Source: an uncultured Candidatus Saccharibacteria bacterium
GTDB taxonomy: Bacteria; Patescibacteriota; Minisyncoccia; UBA6257; Colwellbacteraceae
Assembly: GCA_964348915.1 (NCBI GenBank)
Contig: CAYGEM010000001.1
Location: 10,360 to 74,359 of the forward strand
Length of the DNA stretch: 64,000 nucleotides
Reading direction: 5' to 3'
The notes under the pieces are model-generated. The model saw nothing but the letters and a program-made list of their open reading frames with translations. It did not search any database and had not been told where the DNA came from. Below are positions 28,231 to 38,568 of this stretch, one piece after another (position 1 is the stretch's first letter; every line of letters starts with the position of its first letter). A program made the position numbers and the translations under genes.

Positions 28231-29430
28231 TTACTTTATGATTTTGGTAACGACGCCGGCGCCAACCGTTTTTCCTCCTTCACGAATGGCAAATCTTTGC
28301 TGTTCTTCCATCGCTACCGGCGAAATAAGCTTGACTACCACTTTAACCGTGTCACCGGGCATAGCCATTTCCGTCCCGGCCGGAAGGATAATCTCGCCAG
28401 TCACGTCCGTGGTGCGGAAATAAAACTGGGGTTTGTATCCGGCGAATACCGGCGTGTGCCGTCCGCCCTCTTCTTTGTTAAGAAGAAGTATTTCGGCGTC
28501 AAATTCCGTATGCGGCGTAACGCTGCCGGGCTTGGAAACGACCTGTCCGCGCTCAACATCCTCTTTCTTGGTGCCGCGGAGAAGAATACCGACATTATCT
28601 CCGGCTTGGCCTTCATCAAGCAATTTATTGAACATTTCGATTCCGGTAACTACGGTCTTCTGGGTGGGCCTCAAACCGACAATTTCAACTTCTTCATTGA
28701 TCTTGACCTTTCCGCGTTCGATGCGTCCGGTAATTACGGTTCCCCGACCCTCGATGGAGAAAATATCTTCAATCGGCATCAGGAAAGGTTTTTCCACGTC
28801 GCGAACCGGAGTCGGAATGTATTCGTCAAGATATTTAATCAGTTCTTTAATCGGTCCCGCAGCCGGGTCGTCGGCGGAAGTCACCTCGAGCGCCTTCAGG
28901 GCCGAACCGCGAATCACCGGGGTTTCGTTTCCGGGGAAATTGTATTTGGAAAGAAGTTCTCTCACTTCCGCTTCCACCAGATTGACCAATTCGGGGTCAT
29001 CCACCATGTCCACTTTATTCAAGAAAACGACGATGGAGGGGACACCCACCTGACGAGCCAAAAGGATGTGTTCGCGGGTCTGCGGCATGGGGCCGTCGGT
29101 GGCGGCAACAACCAAAATAGCGCCGTCCATCTGAGCCGCGCCGGTAATCATGTTTTTGATGTAATCGGCGTGTCCCGGCGCGTCAATGTGGGCGTAATGC
29201 CTTTTCTCCGATTCATATTCGGAATGATGCAGGGAGATCGTAATTCCGCGCGCCTTTTCTTCCGGCGCGTTATCGATCTGTTCAACCGTTTCTTCCTTCT
29301 TCGTCAAACCCATAAGATGCAATACATGGGTGATGGCGGCGGTCAGAGTCGTCTTGCCGTGGTCGACGTGGCCGATCGTGCCGACATTCACGTGAGGCTT
29401 TGACCTTTCAAATTTTTCTTTCTCTGCCAT
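28231..29430 (-). CDS. tuf: Elongation factor Tu
   Basis: [26 protein letters not shown] motifs; 399 aa. The long antisense ORF 28216..29403 (+) is rejected. Confidence 0.97.
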   Translation of the reverse strand: MAEKEKFERSKPHVNVGTIGHVDHGKTTLTAAITHVLHLMGLTKKEETVEQIDNAPEEKARGITISLHHSEYESEKRHYAHIDAPGHADYIKNMITGAAQMDGAILVVAATDGPMPQTREHILLARQVGVPSIVVFLNKVDMVDDPELVNLVEAEVRELLSKYNFPGNETPVIRGSALKALEVTSADDPAAGPIKELIKYLDEYIPTPVRDVEKPFLMPIEDIFSIEGRGTVITGRIERGKVKINEEVEIVGLRPTQKTVVTGIEMFNKLLDEGQAGDNVGILLRGTKKEDVERGQVVSKPGSVTPHTEFDAEILLLNKEEGGRHTPVFAGYKPQFYFRTTDVTGEIILPAGTEMAMPGDTVKVVVKLISPVAMEEQQRFAIREGGKTVGAGVVTKIIK

Positions 29431-29501
29431 TATTGTGTGTTTTTTTATTTTTGCGACCTTAAGATTTTAAGATGCGAAGCTGTTACTGTCAACTTTTTAT
29501 C

Positions 29502-31604
29502 CTATTTTCTGCCTTCGATAATGGCGGCTTCCAAACTTTTCGGCGCGTATTCGTAATGGCTGAATTCCATAGTGAACGCTCCCCGACCCTGCGTGATCGA
29601 ACGAAGATTCGTCACGTAGCCGAACATCTCCGAGAGCGGGATGGTCGAGTCAATCACTTTGATGCCGGCGCGGTCGTTCATCGCTTCGATTTTTCCTCGT
29701 TTCGAAGAAAGGTCGCCGGTGACGTCGCCCAAAAAGTCGGCCGGGATGATTACTTGAACCTTCATTATCGGCTCGAGAATAACCGGCTTGGCGCGCTTCG
29801 TCGCTTCTTGCAAAGCCATCGAGGCGGCAATTTTAAAAGCCGCTTCCGAGGAATCAACCTCGTGGAAAGAACCGTCGTACAAAGCGACTTCCATGTCGGT
29901 CAACGGATAACCGGCGACGGCTCCTTTCGTCATCGCTTCCCGGACGCCTTTTTCCACCGCCGAAATATATTCCCGCGGAATGACGCCTCCCTTAATCGCG
30001 TCGACGAATAAAAACCCCTTGCCCCTTTCCTGCGGAGTTACCCTTAGCCAAACGTGGCCGTACTGGCCGCGGCCGCCGGATTGACGGATATATTTTCCTT
30101 CGGCCTCGGATGAAGATTGGATGGTTTCTTTGTAAGCCACCTGCGGCCGGCCGACTCCAGCTTCGACGGAAAATTCCCGGCGCATGCGCTCCACCAACAC
30201 TTCCAAATGCAACTCGCCCATGCCGGCGATTATCGTATCCCCGGTTTCCGGGTCACCGGAAACGCGAAAGGTCGGGTCTTCTTCCGACAACCGGTGCAAA
30301 GCCATTCCCATTTTCTCCTGGTCGGCTTTGGTCTTCGGAGAAATTCTCTGGGAAATAACCGGCTCCGGAAAAGTGATTTTTTCAAGGACAATCGGATTAT
30401 CGATGTCGCAAAGAGTGTTTCCGGTGGTCGTATTCTTCATCCCCACCAACGCGCCGATGTCTCCGGTGTACATTTCTTCCACTTCTTCGCGCTCGTTGGC
30501 GTGCATGCGCAAAATCCGGCCGGCTCTCTCTTGGTTTTCCTTGGAAGAGTTCAAAACGTAGCTTCCCTTGACGAGCTTCCCGCTGTAAACCCGGAAATAA
30601 GTGAGGGTACCTACGAACGGGTCGGCGGCAATTTTAAATGCCAGAGCGCAAAATGATTCCTCATCGGACGGCTCACGCGAAAGCTCTCCTCCTGTTTTCA
30701 AATCGATTCCCTTGACCGGAGGAAGGTCGCTCGGCGAAGGCAGATAATCGACGACCGCGTCGAGAACCAGCTGAACGCCTTTATTTTTCAGCGCGGAACC
30801 GCAGAAAACCGGCACGATATCATTGGCAAGAACCGCCCGGCGCAAAGTTTTTTTCAAATCGCCGACCGGGATCTCCTGGCCGTTTAAATAATTAGAAAGA
30901 AGCATTTCGTCATTTTCGACGATTTTTTCCACCATTTTCGCCCGCGCTGTTTTCGCGGCTTCTTTCATGTCTTCCGGAATCTCTTCCTCGATTACCCGCT
31001 CGCCGTGCTCGCCATCGAAACGATAGGCCTTCATCAACATCAAATCGATTACTCCCCGAAAAGCCGCCTCGCTACCGATGGGCAGCTGGACGGGTATCGC
31101 GTTGGGCGTAAGACGCTCGCGGATGGACTGCAGACTATTCTCGAAACTCGCGCCCATCCTATCCATCTTATTGATAAAGCAAATACGCGGCACTTTATAC
31201 TCATCGGCGTATCGCCAGTTGGTTTCAGATTGGGGTTCCACGCCGGAAACGCCGTCAAACACGACTACGGCGCCGTCCAGAACGCGCAAAGACCGCTTCA
31301 CCTCCACGGTGAAATCAATATGTCCCGGCGTATCGATCAAATTTATCCGATGTTCTCCGGATTTTTCTCCCTTCAAATAAGTCGGCACCCAAAAACAAGT
31401 GGTCGCCGCCGAAGTGATGGTAATTCCCCGTTCGCGCTCCTGTTCCATCCAATCCATAACCGCCAAACCCTCGTGAACCTCGCCGATTTTGTGGGAAATA
31501 CCGGTATAAAAAAGGACGCGCTCGGAGACGGTGGTCTTGCCCGCGTCGATGTGAGCGATAATCCCTATGTCTCTTACTTTTTCAATCGGGTATTTTCTGG
31601 GCAT
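29502..31604 (-). CDS. fusA: Elongation factor G
   Basis: [21 protein letters not shown]; 700 aa. Confidence 0.97.
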   Translation of the reverse strand: MPRKYPIEKVRDIGIIAHIDAGKTTVSERVLFYTGISHKIGEVHEGLAVMDWMEQERERGITITSAATTCFWVPTYLKGEKSGEHRINLIDTPGHIDFTVEVKRSLRVLDGAVVVFDGVSGVEPQSETNWRYADEYKVPRICFINKMDRMGASFENSLQSIRERLTPNAIPVQLPIGSEAAFRGVIDLMLMKAYRFDGEHGERVIEEEIPEDMKEAAKTARAKMVEKIVENDEMLLSNYLNGQEIPVGDLKKTLRRAVLANDIVPVFCGSALKNKGVQLVLDAVVDYLPSPSDLPPVKGIDLKTGGELSREPSDEESFCALAFKIAADPFVGTLTYFRVYSGKLVKGSYVLNSSKENQERAGRILRMHANEREEVEEMYTGDIGALVGMKNTTTGNTLCDIDNPIVLEKITFPEPVISQRISPKTKADQEKMGMALHRLSEEDPTFRVSGDPETGDTIIAGMGELHLEVLVERMRREFSVEAGVGRPQVAYKETIQSSSEAEGKYIRQSGGRGQYGHVWLRVTPQERGKGFLFVDAIKGGVIPREYISAVEKGVREAMTKGAVAGYPLTDMEVALYDGSFHEVDSSEAAFKIAASMALQEATKRAKPVILEPIMKVQVIIPADFLGDVTGDLSSKRGKIEAMNDRAGIKVIDSTIPLSEMFGYVTNLRSITQGRGAFTMEFSHYEYAPKSLEAAIIEGRK

Positions 31605-31619
31605 ATCAAAAGAACCGGA

Positions 31620-32084
31620 TTACCAGGAAAAATGAGCAAAGGCGCGATTGGCTTCGGCCATGCGGTGAATATCCTGCTTTTTCTTTATCGCTGAACCCTC
31701 GTTTTTCGATGCCACCAGAAATTCTTCAGCTAATTTTTTGGCCATCCCTTGGCCTTTCTTGCTATTCGCGGCCGCGATAAGCCAGCGACAAGCCAGCATG
31801 AATTTTCTTTCCGGCCGGACTTCCCGCGGCACCTGATAGTTCGCTCCACCCACGCGGCGAGAAACCACCTCAATCATCGGCGAGGCGTTTTCGACGGCTT
31901 TTTCGAAAATTTCAACCGGATCGTTTCCCTTTTCTTTCAAAATATCGAGAGCGCCGTAAAGACATTTTTCCGCGGCATTCTTTTTCCCGTCAGCGGTCAA
32001 ATAATTGATAAAACGACCAATGGCGATGCGGCCGTATTTTACGTCAGGCGAATGTTCTCTTTTATAGCTTCTTTTTCTTCTCAT
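31620..32084 (-). CDS. rpsG: Ribosomal protein uS7
   Basis: 154 aa; S7 family; str-operon position. Confidence 0.9.
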   Translation of the reverse strand: MRRKRSYKREHSPDVKYGRIAIGRFINYLTADGKKNAAEKCLYGALDILKEKGNDPVEIFEKAVENASPMIEVVSRRVGGANYQVPREVRPERKFMLACRWLIAAANSKKGQGMAKKLAEEFLVASKNEGSAIKKKQDIHRMAEANRAFAHFSW

Positions 32085-32095
32085 GGTTGGTTTGA

Positions 32096-32518
32096 TTAGG
32101 CCGTGGCCGCCTTTGCTCTTTTCGCGCCGTATTTGCTCCGCTGTTGCTTGCGGTTAGAAACTCCAGCCGTATCAAGACGGCCGCGGACAATATGATATCG
32201 CACCCCGGGCAAATCTTTAACGCGGCCTCCCCGAAGCATGACTACGGAGTGTTCCTGCAAATTATGGCCTTCGCCGGGAATGTAAGCGGTTACTTCCATA
32301 CCATTGGTCAAACGGACGCGGGCCACCTTCCGCAAAGCGGAATTCGGTTTTTTAGGCGTAGTGGTGAAAACCCTAAGGCAGACCCCCCTCTTGAAAGGCG
32401 AACCGGAAAAAACCGGACGATTTTGGAGAACGTTAAAATAACGCCCCAGCGCCGGCGTTTTTTCTTTCTTTCGGATAACTTTCCTGCCTTTTTTAAGCAG
32501 TTGGTTTATCGTCGGCAT
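32096..32518 (-). CDS. rpsL: Ribosomal protein uS12
   Basis: [19 protein letters not shown]...[19 protein letters not shown]; 140 aa. Confidence 0.95.
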   Translation of the reverse strand: MPTINQLLKKGRKVIRKKEKTPALGRYFNVLQNRPVFSGSPFKRGVCLRVFTTTPKKPNSALRKVARVRLTNGMEVTAYIPGEGHNLQEHSVVMLRGGRVKDLPGVRYHIVRGRLDTAGVSNRKQQRSKYGAKRAKAATA

Positions 32519-32576
32519 AAAAGTTAATATACCAGCAAAGTTTTCACGATGTCAATATATTTTAGATGGAAAATCA

Positions 32577-33209
<633 letters not shown>

Positions 33210-33288
33210 ATGATATTAAGAGTAAAGCAAAACAGGTTTTTTACAATTCTCCTTTACTTTTTCTTCCGATTTTCATAATATTATCTTT

Positions 33289-33480
33289 ATGCGAAAATGT
33301 GAAATCTGCGGCAAAGGATCGATTCTGCGCGCCGGCCGAAAAAAACTGCGCGGGAAATACAATCCCACGCCGATGACAAGAAAATATCCCAACCTCCAGG
33401 GCTTTAAAACGGCCGCGGGTAAAAAAGTTTCAGCTTGTACCAAGTGCATCCGGCTTTCCGCGAAGAAAGCGACGGCTTAG
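33289..33480 (+). CDS. rpmB: Ribosomal protein bL28
   Basis: 63 aa; MRKCEICGKG...PNLQ...KKVSACTKCIR matches the L28 zinc-ribbon pattern. Confidence 0.7.
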   Translation: MRKCEICGKGSILRAGRKKLRGKYNPTPMTRKYPNLQGFKTAAGKKVSACTKCIRLSAKKATA

Positions 33481-33498
33481 CGAACCACAGTTCTTTCC

Positions 33499-33569
33499 CG
33501 GGCTGTAGTATAACGGCAGTATTTACCCTTGGGGTGGGTAAGACCCGGGTTCAATTCCCGGCAGCCCGA
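33499..33569 (+). tRNA. tRNA-Pro (anticodon GGG)
   Basis: Hand-folded cloverleaf: acceptor CGGGCUG/CAGCCCG; U8 A9; D-arm GUAU-AACGGCA-GUAU; anticodon arm UACCC-UUGGGGU-GGGUA (anticodon GGG); T-arm CCGGG-UUCAAUU-CCCGG; discriminator A; CCA not encoded. Confidence 0.75.
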
Positions 33570-33699
33570 TAAATATGAAAAAACTAACTTCCTCAAAATT
33601 ATGATCCATACTCATCAAATCAAAACTTGGTCCAGTTTTATTTCTACATTTTTCATCTTCCTGACCTAGGAGGCAGGCTTTGATGTCCAAAGCCTCGAA

Positions 33700-33726
33700 A
33701 CCTGCCCTACTGGGGCAGGTTTTTAT
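33700..33726 (+). terminator. Rho-independent terminator after rpmB-tRNA-Pro
   Basis: CCTGCCC-TACT-GGGGCAGG hairpin followed by TTTTTAT; preceded by a second hairpin at about 33671-33697. Confidence 0.6.
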
Positions 33727-33760
33727 AGTTCTTTCACAATCCGCTAAGGAGGGATAGAAG

Positions 33761-34372
33761 ATGGAATATCGAGCTGTCAGAAACCGTTGCGCGATTATCC
33801 TTGATTCCCTGCATTTGCCGATCTCACGAGAAAAAGCCTTAACCATACTGAGTCATAAAGGTTTTTCCGTAGTAAACGTGGACATGGTGACGCTCGCTCG
33901 ACAATGCATTGGGACGGTAAAATATCACCGCGGTGCGCGTTCTTCTGAAGCTCCAGCGATTGTCGATTGCTCCAGCTTCATAAAGTGGCTGTATGCAAAG
34001 CGCGGTATCTGGCTGCCGAGAAGGTCAGTCCAGCAACGCGAACTGGGAGAACCAGTTTGTCGCGACGAAATTATCGCGGACGACGTTGTATTCGTTTCGG
34101 GTCGGATTAACTACTACCATGACGACCCTGCGAATGGCGTCGGGCATGTCGGTCTCGCCACCGACGAGGAAACTGTAATACATGCCGCCAGCGAGAGAAC
34201 CGGCGTAATAGAAAGTCCACTCGACAAGTTCATCGGTATGACCAAGTTTCGAGGCGCGAGACGCTACCTCCCGAAAGGAATAGAGGTTCTCACGCTCGAA
34301 ACGACTGGTCAAGATGTAGAAACTGCGGACGATCTCAGGTGGATCGTTCTGCAGTCGCTCTCCAAAGGGTAA
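33761..34372 (+). CDS. NlpC/P60 (C40) family peptidoglycan peptidase
   Basis: Catalytic Cys context DCSSFIKWLY and His context GHVGLAT; strong SD AAGGAGG 8 nt upstream of the ATG. Visibly higher G+C and different codon usage than neighbouring genes; immediately downstream of a tRNA. Confidence 0.6.
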   Translation: MEYRAVRNRCAIILDSLHLPISREKALTILSHKGFSVVNVDMVTLARQCIGTVKYHRGARSSEAPAIVDCSSFIKWLYAKRGIWLPRRSVQQRELGEPVCRDEIIADDVVFVSGRINYYHDDPANGVGHVGLATDEETVIHAASERTGVIESPLDKFIGMTKFRGARRYLPKGIEVLTLETTGQDVETADDLRWIVLQSLSKG

Positions 34373-34375
34373 TGC

Positions 34376-34413
34376 GAGGGCAACCAAACGGTTGCCCTCT
34401 TTCTTTTATTTTT
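34376..34413 (+). terminator. Rho-independent terminator
   Basis: GAGGGCAACC-AAAC-GGTTGCCCTC hairpin followed by a T-rich tract. Confidence 0.7.
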
Positions 34414-34448
34414 TGCATTTCCTAGTTCAGGATATTAGAATAATAAGA

Positions 34449-35114
34449 ATGGAGATTTTCACTGTTAAATCGCAGGAGTTCGAAGGATTAAGAAGGGATT
34501 TCACCCCTTTCGAATCTTTCACTGATTTATTGTCATTCTTTCGAAAAATTTTCCGAGCTGACCCTGCCTTTGAGAACAGAGAATACAGCGAGAAAAATCC
34601 GAACCGGCGTCAAATTATCCTATATGCGACTCTTGCAACTCCCGATGGAATTTTAACCTATAGAAGACAAGGGGCGGAGAAAAAACTGACAGGCAAGATA
34701 TCTATAGGAATCGGGGGGCATATCGAACCCGAAGATTTAACCAAAAACACCTTCGGCCTCAAGTCATCTTTATTGCGTGAGATGACGGAAGAATTAGAGA
34801 TTAGTGACGAAAAAACGGGAGATAAAATATTATTTTATGACGAAAAGGGAAATATAGATCAGAAAAGAATCAGAGAATATTTCAAGATAATACCGCTAGG
34901 CGTCATTAAAGATGACTCCAATGAAGTCGGAAAAGTTCATCTGGGAATTTCATGTCTCCTTATTTTTAAAAAACCCGCCAAAGTTCGACTGCAAGAAGAA
35001 GGAACCGATCTGAAAATTGAAACAATTGGAAATCTTAAAAAATCGGCGAGAGATCCAGAATCAGAACTTGAAGGATGGGCAAAAATAGTTATACCTCATA
35101 TTCCGTCTGATTAA
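34449..35114 (+). CDS. Hypothetical protein, Nudix-like fold suspected
   Basis: GIGGHIEPED ... LLREMTEELEI resembles a Nudix box (Gx5E ... REUxEE) but the spacing is non-canonical; 221 aa from the Met at 34449. Confidence 0.35.
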   Translation: MEIFTVKSQEFEGLRRDFTPFESFTDLLSFFRKIFRADPAFENREYSEKNPNRRQIILYATLATPDGILTYRRQGAEKKLTGKISIGIGGHIEPEDLTKNTFGLKSSLLREMTEELEISDEKTGDKILFYDEKGNIDQKRIREYFKIIPLGVIKDDSNEVGKVHLGISCLLIFKKPAKVRLQEEGTDLKIETIGNLKKSARDPESELEGWAKIVIPHIPSD

Positions 35115-35208
35115 TTTACTGATTCAAAAATAACCTTGGGACAATCCGCCATAAAATGTTCATAGATCCTCTTGTATAATAATACGATCGTTGAATTATA
35201 CAAGATTC

Positions 35209-35955
35209 TTAATAGAAAATACGGAGAGTCCGGTAGCGGCCGTATTGGTCGCGAAGAAATTCGTATTTTTTCCAATTATTCTTTTTAAGCAAGGACTCGA
35301 TAACTTTTTTCTGGCCGTAGCCAAACTCCATCCATATCTCGCCGCAAGGGTTAAGCCGCGGCCGTGCGTCTTTTAGAAACCGGCGGATTATCGCCAACCC
35401 GTTACCTGCGGAAAAAACCGCGCTTCTTGGTTCGAATTTTTTCACCTCTTCCGTGATAAAATCCGTCCGACCGACATAAGGTGGATTAGCCAGAATAAAG
35501 TCGTATTTGTGTTTTGCTCTTTCGAAAATATCCGAACAAACGACGCGATATCTCTTTGGGTTAATTCGGTTCTTGCGGAGGTTTATTTTTATCTGTTTTA
35601 TAAATTTGGGATTTTTCTCGATAAAATCAACTTTGGTATTTTTCGCGTTCTTCAAAACCGCGAGGCCGATACAGCCGGAACCGCTGAATATATCGGCAAC
35701 CGCAACTTTCTTTTTGCGTTTTTTGATTTCGGAAATCGCCTTTTCCGCCCAGTATTCGGTTTCCGGCCGGGGAATAAACGGATGCCGGCTTAAATCTATC
35801 CGGCAATTCAAAAATGGTTTCCAACCGATAATATAATCAATTGGCTCGCCTTTTTTCAGCCGGATAATATCCTTGCCTAATTTATCGTTAATTGTACCGG
35901 AATATTTGTCACGAATCAGCCAACCAATCTGTTTTTTCAATTCTTTTTCTCTCAT
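35209..35955 (-). CDS. prmC: Release-factor glutamine N5-methyltransferase (PrmC/HemK)
   Basis: NPPY motif (ILANPPYVG), AdoMet motif DIFSGSGCIG; start taken at MREKELKK (ORF listed to 36045). Confidence 0.8.
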   Translation of the reverse strand: MREKELKKQIGWLIRDKYSGTINDKLGKDIIRLKKGEPIDYIIGWKPFLNCRIDLSRHPFIPRPETEYWAEKAISEIKKRKKKVAVADIFSGSGCIGLAVLKNAKNTKVDFIEKNPKFIKQIKINLRKNRINPKRYRVVCSDIFERAKHKYDFILANPPYVGRTDFITEEVKKFEPRSAVFSAGNGLAIIRRFLKDARPRLNPCGEIWMEFGYGQKKVIESLLKKNNWKKYEFLRDQYGRYRTLRIFY

Positions 35956-36193
35956 AAACAGAGATGACTTTTCGACTACGCTCAAGGTCTGCCTTTGAAG
36001 CAAAGACAGACAAAAAAATCCCGCCCCTTGTAAGATTCCCGGCAATTAAGCACAGTGGGCAACCCCAGCTTTAATCCGCAGATCGAAGCAATATCGGCCG
36101 CCCTATGGAATCAAAAGATCCGGAATCTTCTCGGGACGGGACATATTTATTATAAAGCAAGGGAAAATAAATAAAAAGGAAGGGGGAGGCGAA

Positions 36194-36251
36194 GAAAATG
36201 AGAAAAACGAGGCGGTGAGCCGGACAAGGATCAGCCCGGCTCACCGCCTCG
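36194..36251 (-). terminator. Strong rho-independent terminator (minus strand)
   Basis: Perfect 16-bp GC-rich stem CGAGGCGGTGAGCCGG / CCGGCTCACCGCCTCG (plus 36208-36251), followed on the minus strand by TTTTTCTCATTTT. Confidence 0.75.
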
Positions 36252-36267
36252 CGAAATGCCTACTCTC

Positions 36268-36363
36268 CTAGGAAGGAGATAGGCATGGAGGAGAAGTCTC
36301 TGGACACTTCTCGAAGCCCGGACACTCCCCTCCCTCGCAAGGAAGCTTCTTTTCTTCCTCCAT
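36268..36363 (-). CDS. Candidate 31-aa Cys-rich small protein
   Basis: Minus-strand AAGGAGGTGA SD 6 nt upstream of an ATG; encodes MEEEKKLPCEGGECPGFEKCPETSPPCLSPS with a TAG stop. An imperfect hairpin and the strong terminator follow about 10-70 nt downstream. Below the ORF-track size cutoff. Confidence 0.25.
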   Translation of the reverse strand: MEEEKKLPCEGGECPGFEKCPETSPPCLSPS

Positions 36364-36559
36364 CTCTATTCACCTCCTTCTTGGAAAGACCTTATTTAGG
36401 GCAAAGACGCCCTAACCAAAACCCGCCTCCATATTCGAAGGCGGGTTTTGGTTAAAGCGTCGGATAAGTCAACTATCGCCGATGCGCAAAACCGCCTTCT
36501 CTCCGAAAGGTTAAAACTGATGAGATAAGAATATTTTTACGCTTGTTAATCATAGGAAG

Positions 36560-37156
36560 TTAAAACATCGCGTCTTCCTCGGCTCGGCGATAGGAATTAA
36601 TTTCTTTTTTAGAAAACCAGATTTTCATTTCATTTTTTGCCTCGCCCGAATTGCCGGAAGCGTGAACTAGATTGTGAATCGCCCGTTTGCCCAAATTTCC
36701 CAAAATTGCCGAATCCACCGAATAATCCCCTCTTATCGTGCCCATTTCCGCTTTGGACGGCAAGGTATTACCGACAATTTTCCGCACCATATCAATGGAA
36801 TGAATGCCTTCGATAACCATAGCCACGACCGGGCCCGAGGTCCAGTAGTCAAAAAGCCAGTTTCTTACCATCCGGCCGACTTTCTCCGGATTATCAGTGC
36901 CGATGAATTTCTTGGCGTCCAAATTGTAATTGGCGTAATCCGACAAACTTTTCTGCCCGATAAGCCGGAGCCATTCCACACTCTTCGGCAGATGCTCTTC
37001 AATAAGTTTTTTATTGGCCTGAATCATTTTCAAAGCAATAACCTTCAAACCCCGCTGCTCCACGCGCTTGATAATTTCGCCGACTAATCCCCTTTTCACT
37101 CCATCCGGCTTAACAATCAAAACAGTCCTTTCGCCTTTCGTTTTAATCATGGTCAT
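36560..37156 (-). CDS. ndk: Nucleoside diphosphate kinase (long form with insertion)
   Basis: VLIVKPDGV..., active-site context NLVHASGNSGEAKNE; 198 aa versus the usual 140 or so. Confidence 0.75.
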   Translation of the reverse strand: MTMIKTKGERTVLIVKPDGVKRGLVGEIIKRVEQRGLKVIALKMIQANKKLIEEHLPKSVEWLRLIGQKSLSDYANYNLDAKKFIGTDNPEKVGRMVRNWLFDYWTSGPVVAMVIEGIHSIDMVRKIVGNTLPSKAEMGTIRGDYSVDSAILGNLGKRAIHNLVHASGNSGEAKNEMKIWFSKKEINSYRRAEEDAMF

Positions 37157-38556
37157 TTAATTATTTTTATTTTCAACTCTTTAAGCTGTCCCTCTCTGGC
37201 TTCGGCCGGAGCACCGGTCATCAGATCCCGGCCATCGCCGGTTTTTGGAAACGCGATGACCTCGCGGATATTGGGTTCATTTTGCATCAGCATCACGAAT
37301 CTATCAATACCCGGAGCCATGCCGCCGTGCGGCGGCACCCCGTATCTGAATGCCTCAAGCATGTGGCCGAATTTGGCCTGAATATCCTCCGGCGAATTAC
37401 CCATCGCCTCAAAAACCGCGGAAAGCAATTCCGGATCATGGATGCGGATAGAGCCGCCGCCGATCTCGCAACCGTTCAACACGAAATCATATTGTTTGGC
37501 TCGCATCTCGGCCGGATTTTTTTTGAATATTCCCCAGAATTCCTCGGGATTTTCCACCCGCGGTTGGGTGAAAGGATGATGCACCGCGTCCCATCTCTTT
37601 TCCTCCTTTTTCCATTCAAACATAGGAAAATCAACCACGAAAAGAAAAGCCAGCTCGTCCGGGTCGTTTTTATCCTCCCGGATATCAGGTTTGTCGCTTC
37701 CATATTTTTCCATCGCTTCCTCATACGTCATCCGGGGAATCCGGCCGTCCAGACCGAGTTTTATCTTTTTCCGGGGATAAAGTTCACGCACCAGACCGAG
37801 GTAAAGATTTTCCACCAAGCCAATAATTTCATCCTCATCGACAAAACTCATTTCGAAATCAAGCTGGGTGAATTCCGGCTGGCGGTCGCCGCGCGGGTCT
37901 TCATCACGGAGACAACGGGCAATTTGGAAATAACGCTCGAAGCCGGCCACCATCAAAAGCTGTTTGTACTGCTGGGGCGATTGCGGCAAAGCGTAAAAAT
38001 TTCCCGGATGCAGACGACTCGGCACCAGATAATCGCGCGCTCCTTCCGGCGTGGAACGGCCGAGCAGAGGCGTTTCGATTTCAATAAATCCTTGTTCGAC
38101 TAAAAAGTCCCTCATATATTTAATAATTTTGTGTCGTTGTCGAAGATTATCCGTTAATCTTTCCCGCCGCAAATCAAGATAACGGTAACGCATCCGGACG
38201 TCTTCGCTTATCTCCCGGCCGTCGGTATCAACGGCGATAGGCGGCGTTTCCGCCTCGGAGATCGCGTTTAACTCGTCAACCAACACCTCGATTTTGCCTG
38301 TCGGGATTTTTTCGTTGACCATGGCGGTTGGCCGTTCGTTAACCTTGCCTTTTACGGCGATAACCCATTCGGCCCGCAAGCGGGAAGCGGTTTCATAAGC
38401 CGCGGATGATGGAATAAAAACAAGTTGGATCAGGCCGGAACGGTCGCGTAAATCGATAAAAATTATTTTACCGTGGTCGCGGCGGCCGCGGACCCAGCCA
38501 TTTAATTCGACTTCTTCCCCTATTTTGCCAATTGCCTCTTCAACCAAAATACGCAT
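37153..38556 (-). CDS. aspS: Aspartate--tRNA ligase (compact archaeal/eukaryal-like form)
   Basis: N-terminal OB anticodon-binding domain, class II motifs (FYALPQSPQQYKQLLM, GGGSIRIH, GMAPGIDR); 467 aa. Confidence 0.8.
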   Translation of the reverse strand: MRILVEEAIGKIGEEVELNGWVRGRRDHGKIIFIDLRDRSGLIQLVFIPSSAAYETASRLRAEWVIAVKGKVNERPTAMVNEKIPTGKIEVLVDELNAISEAETPPIAVDTDGREISEDVRMRYRYLDLRRERLTDNLRQRHKIIKYMRDFLVEQGFIEIETPLLGRSTPEGARDYLVPSRLHPGNFYALPQSPQQYKQLLMVAGFERYFQIARCLRDEDPRGDRQPEFTQLDFEMSFVDEDEIIGLVENLYLGLVRELYPRKKIKLGLDGRIPRMTYEEAMEKYGSDKPDIREDKNDPDELAFLFVVDFPMFEWKKEEKRWDAVHHPFTQPRVENPEEFWGIFKKNPAEMRAKQYDFVLNGCEIGGGSIRIHDPELLSAVFEAMGNSPEDIQAKFGHMLEAFRYGVPPHGGMAPGIDRFVMLMQNEPNIREVIAFPKTGDGRDLMTGAPAEAREGQLKELKIKIIK

Positions 38557-38568
38557 TGAAAAAGTATA

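Noticed and set aside
28216-29403. 395-aa plus-strand ORF
   Set aside because: Lies entirely antisense to tuf (EF-Tu), which has unambiguous GTPase motifs. Long antisense ORFs are expected in G+C-skewed highly expressed genes.
33570-35210. Search for an integrase or a direct repeat of the tRNA-Pro 3' end flanking the NlpC/P60 islet
   Set aside because: No integrase ORF and no recognisable att repeat were found, so the mobile-element interpretation rests on composition and position only.
36490-36530. CUGAUGAG motif suggesting a hammerhead ribozyme
   Set aside because: No downstream GAAAC/stem III and no flanking helices consistent with a hammerhead core; most likely chance.
36046-36559. tmRNA (ssrA) or SRP RNA hypothesis for the hairpin-rich intergenic region
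   Set aside because: No tRNA-like acceptor/T-arm (GGTTCGAATCC-type) and no SRP domain-IV GGAA/AGCAG motif on either strand; kept only as an unclassified structured region.
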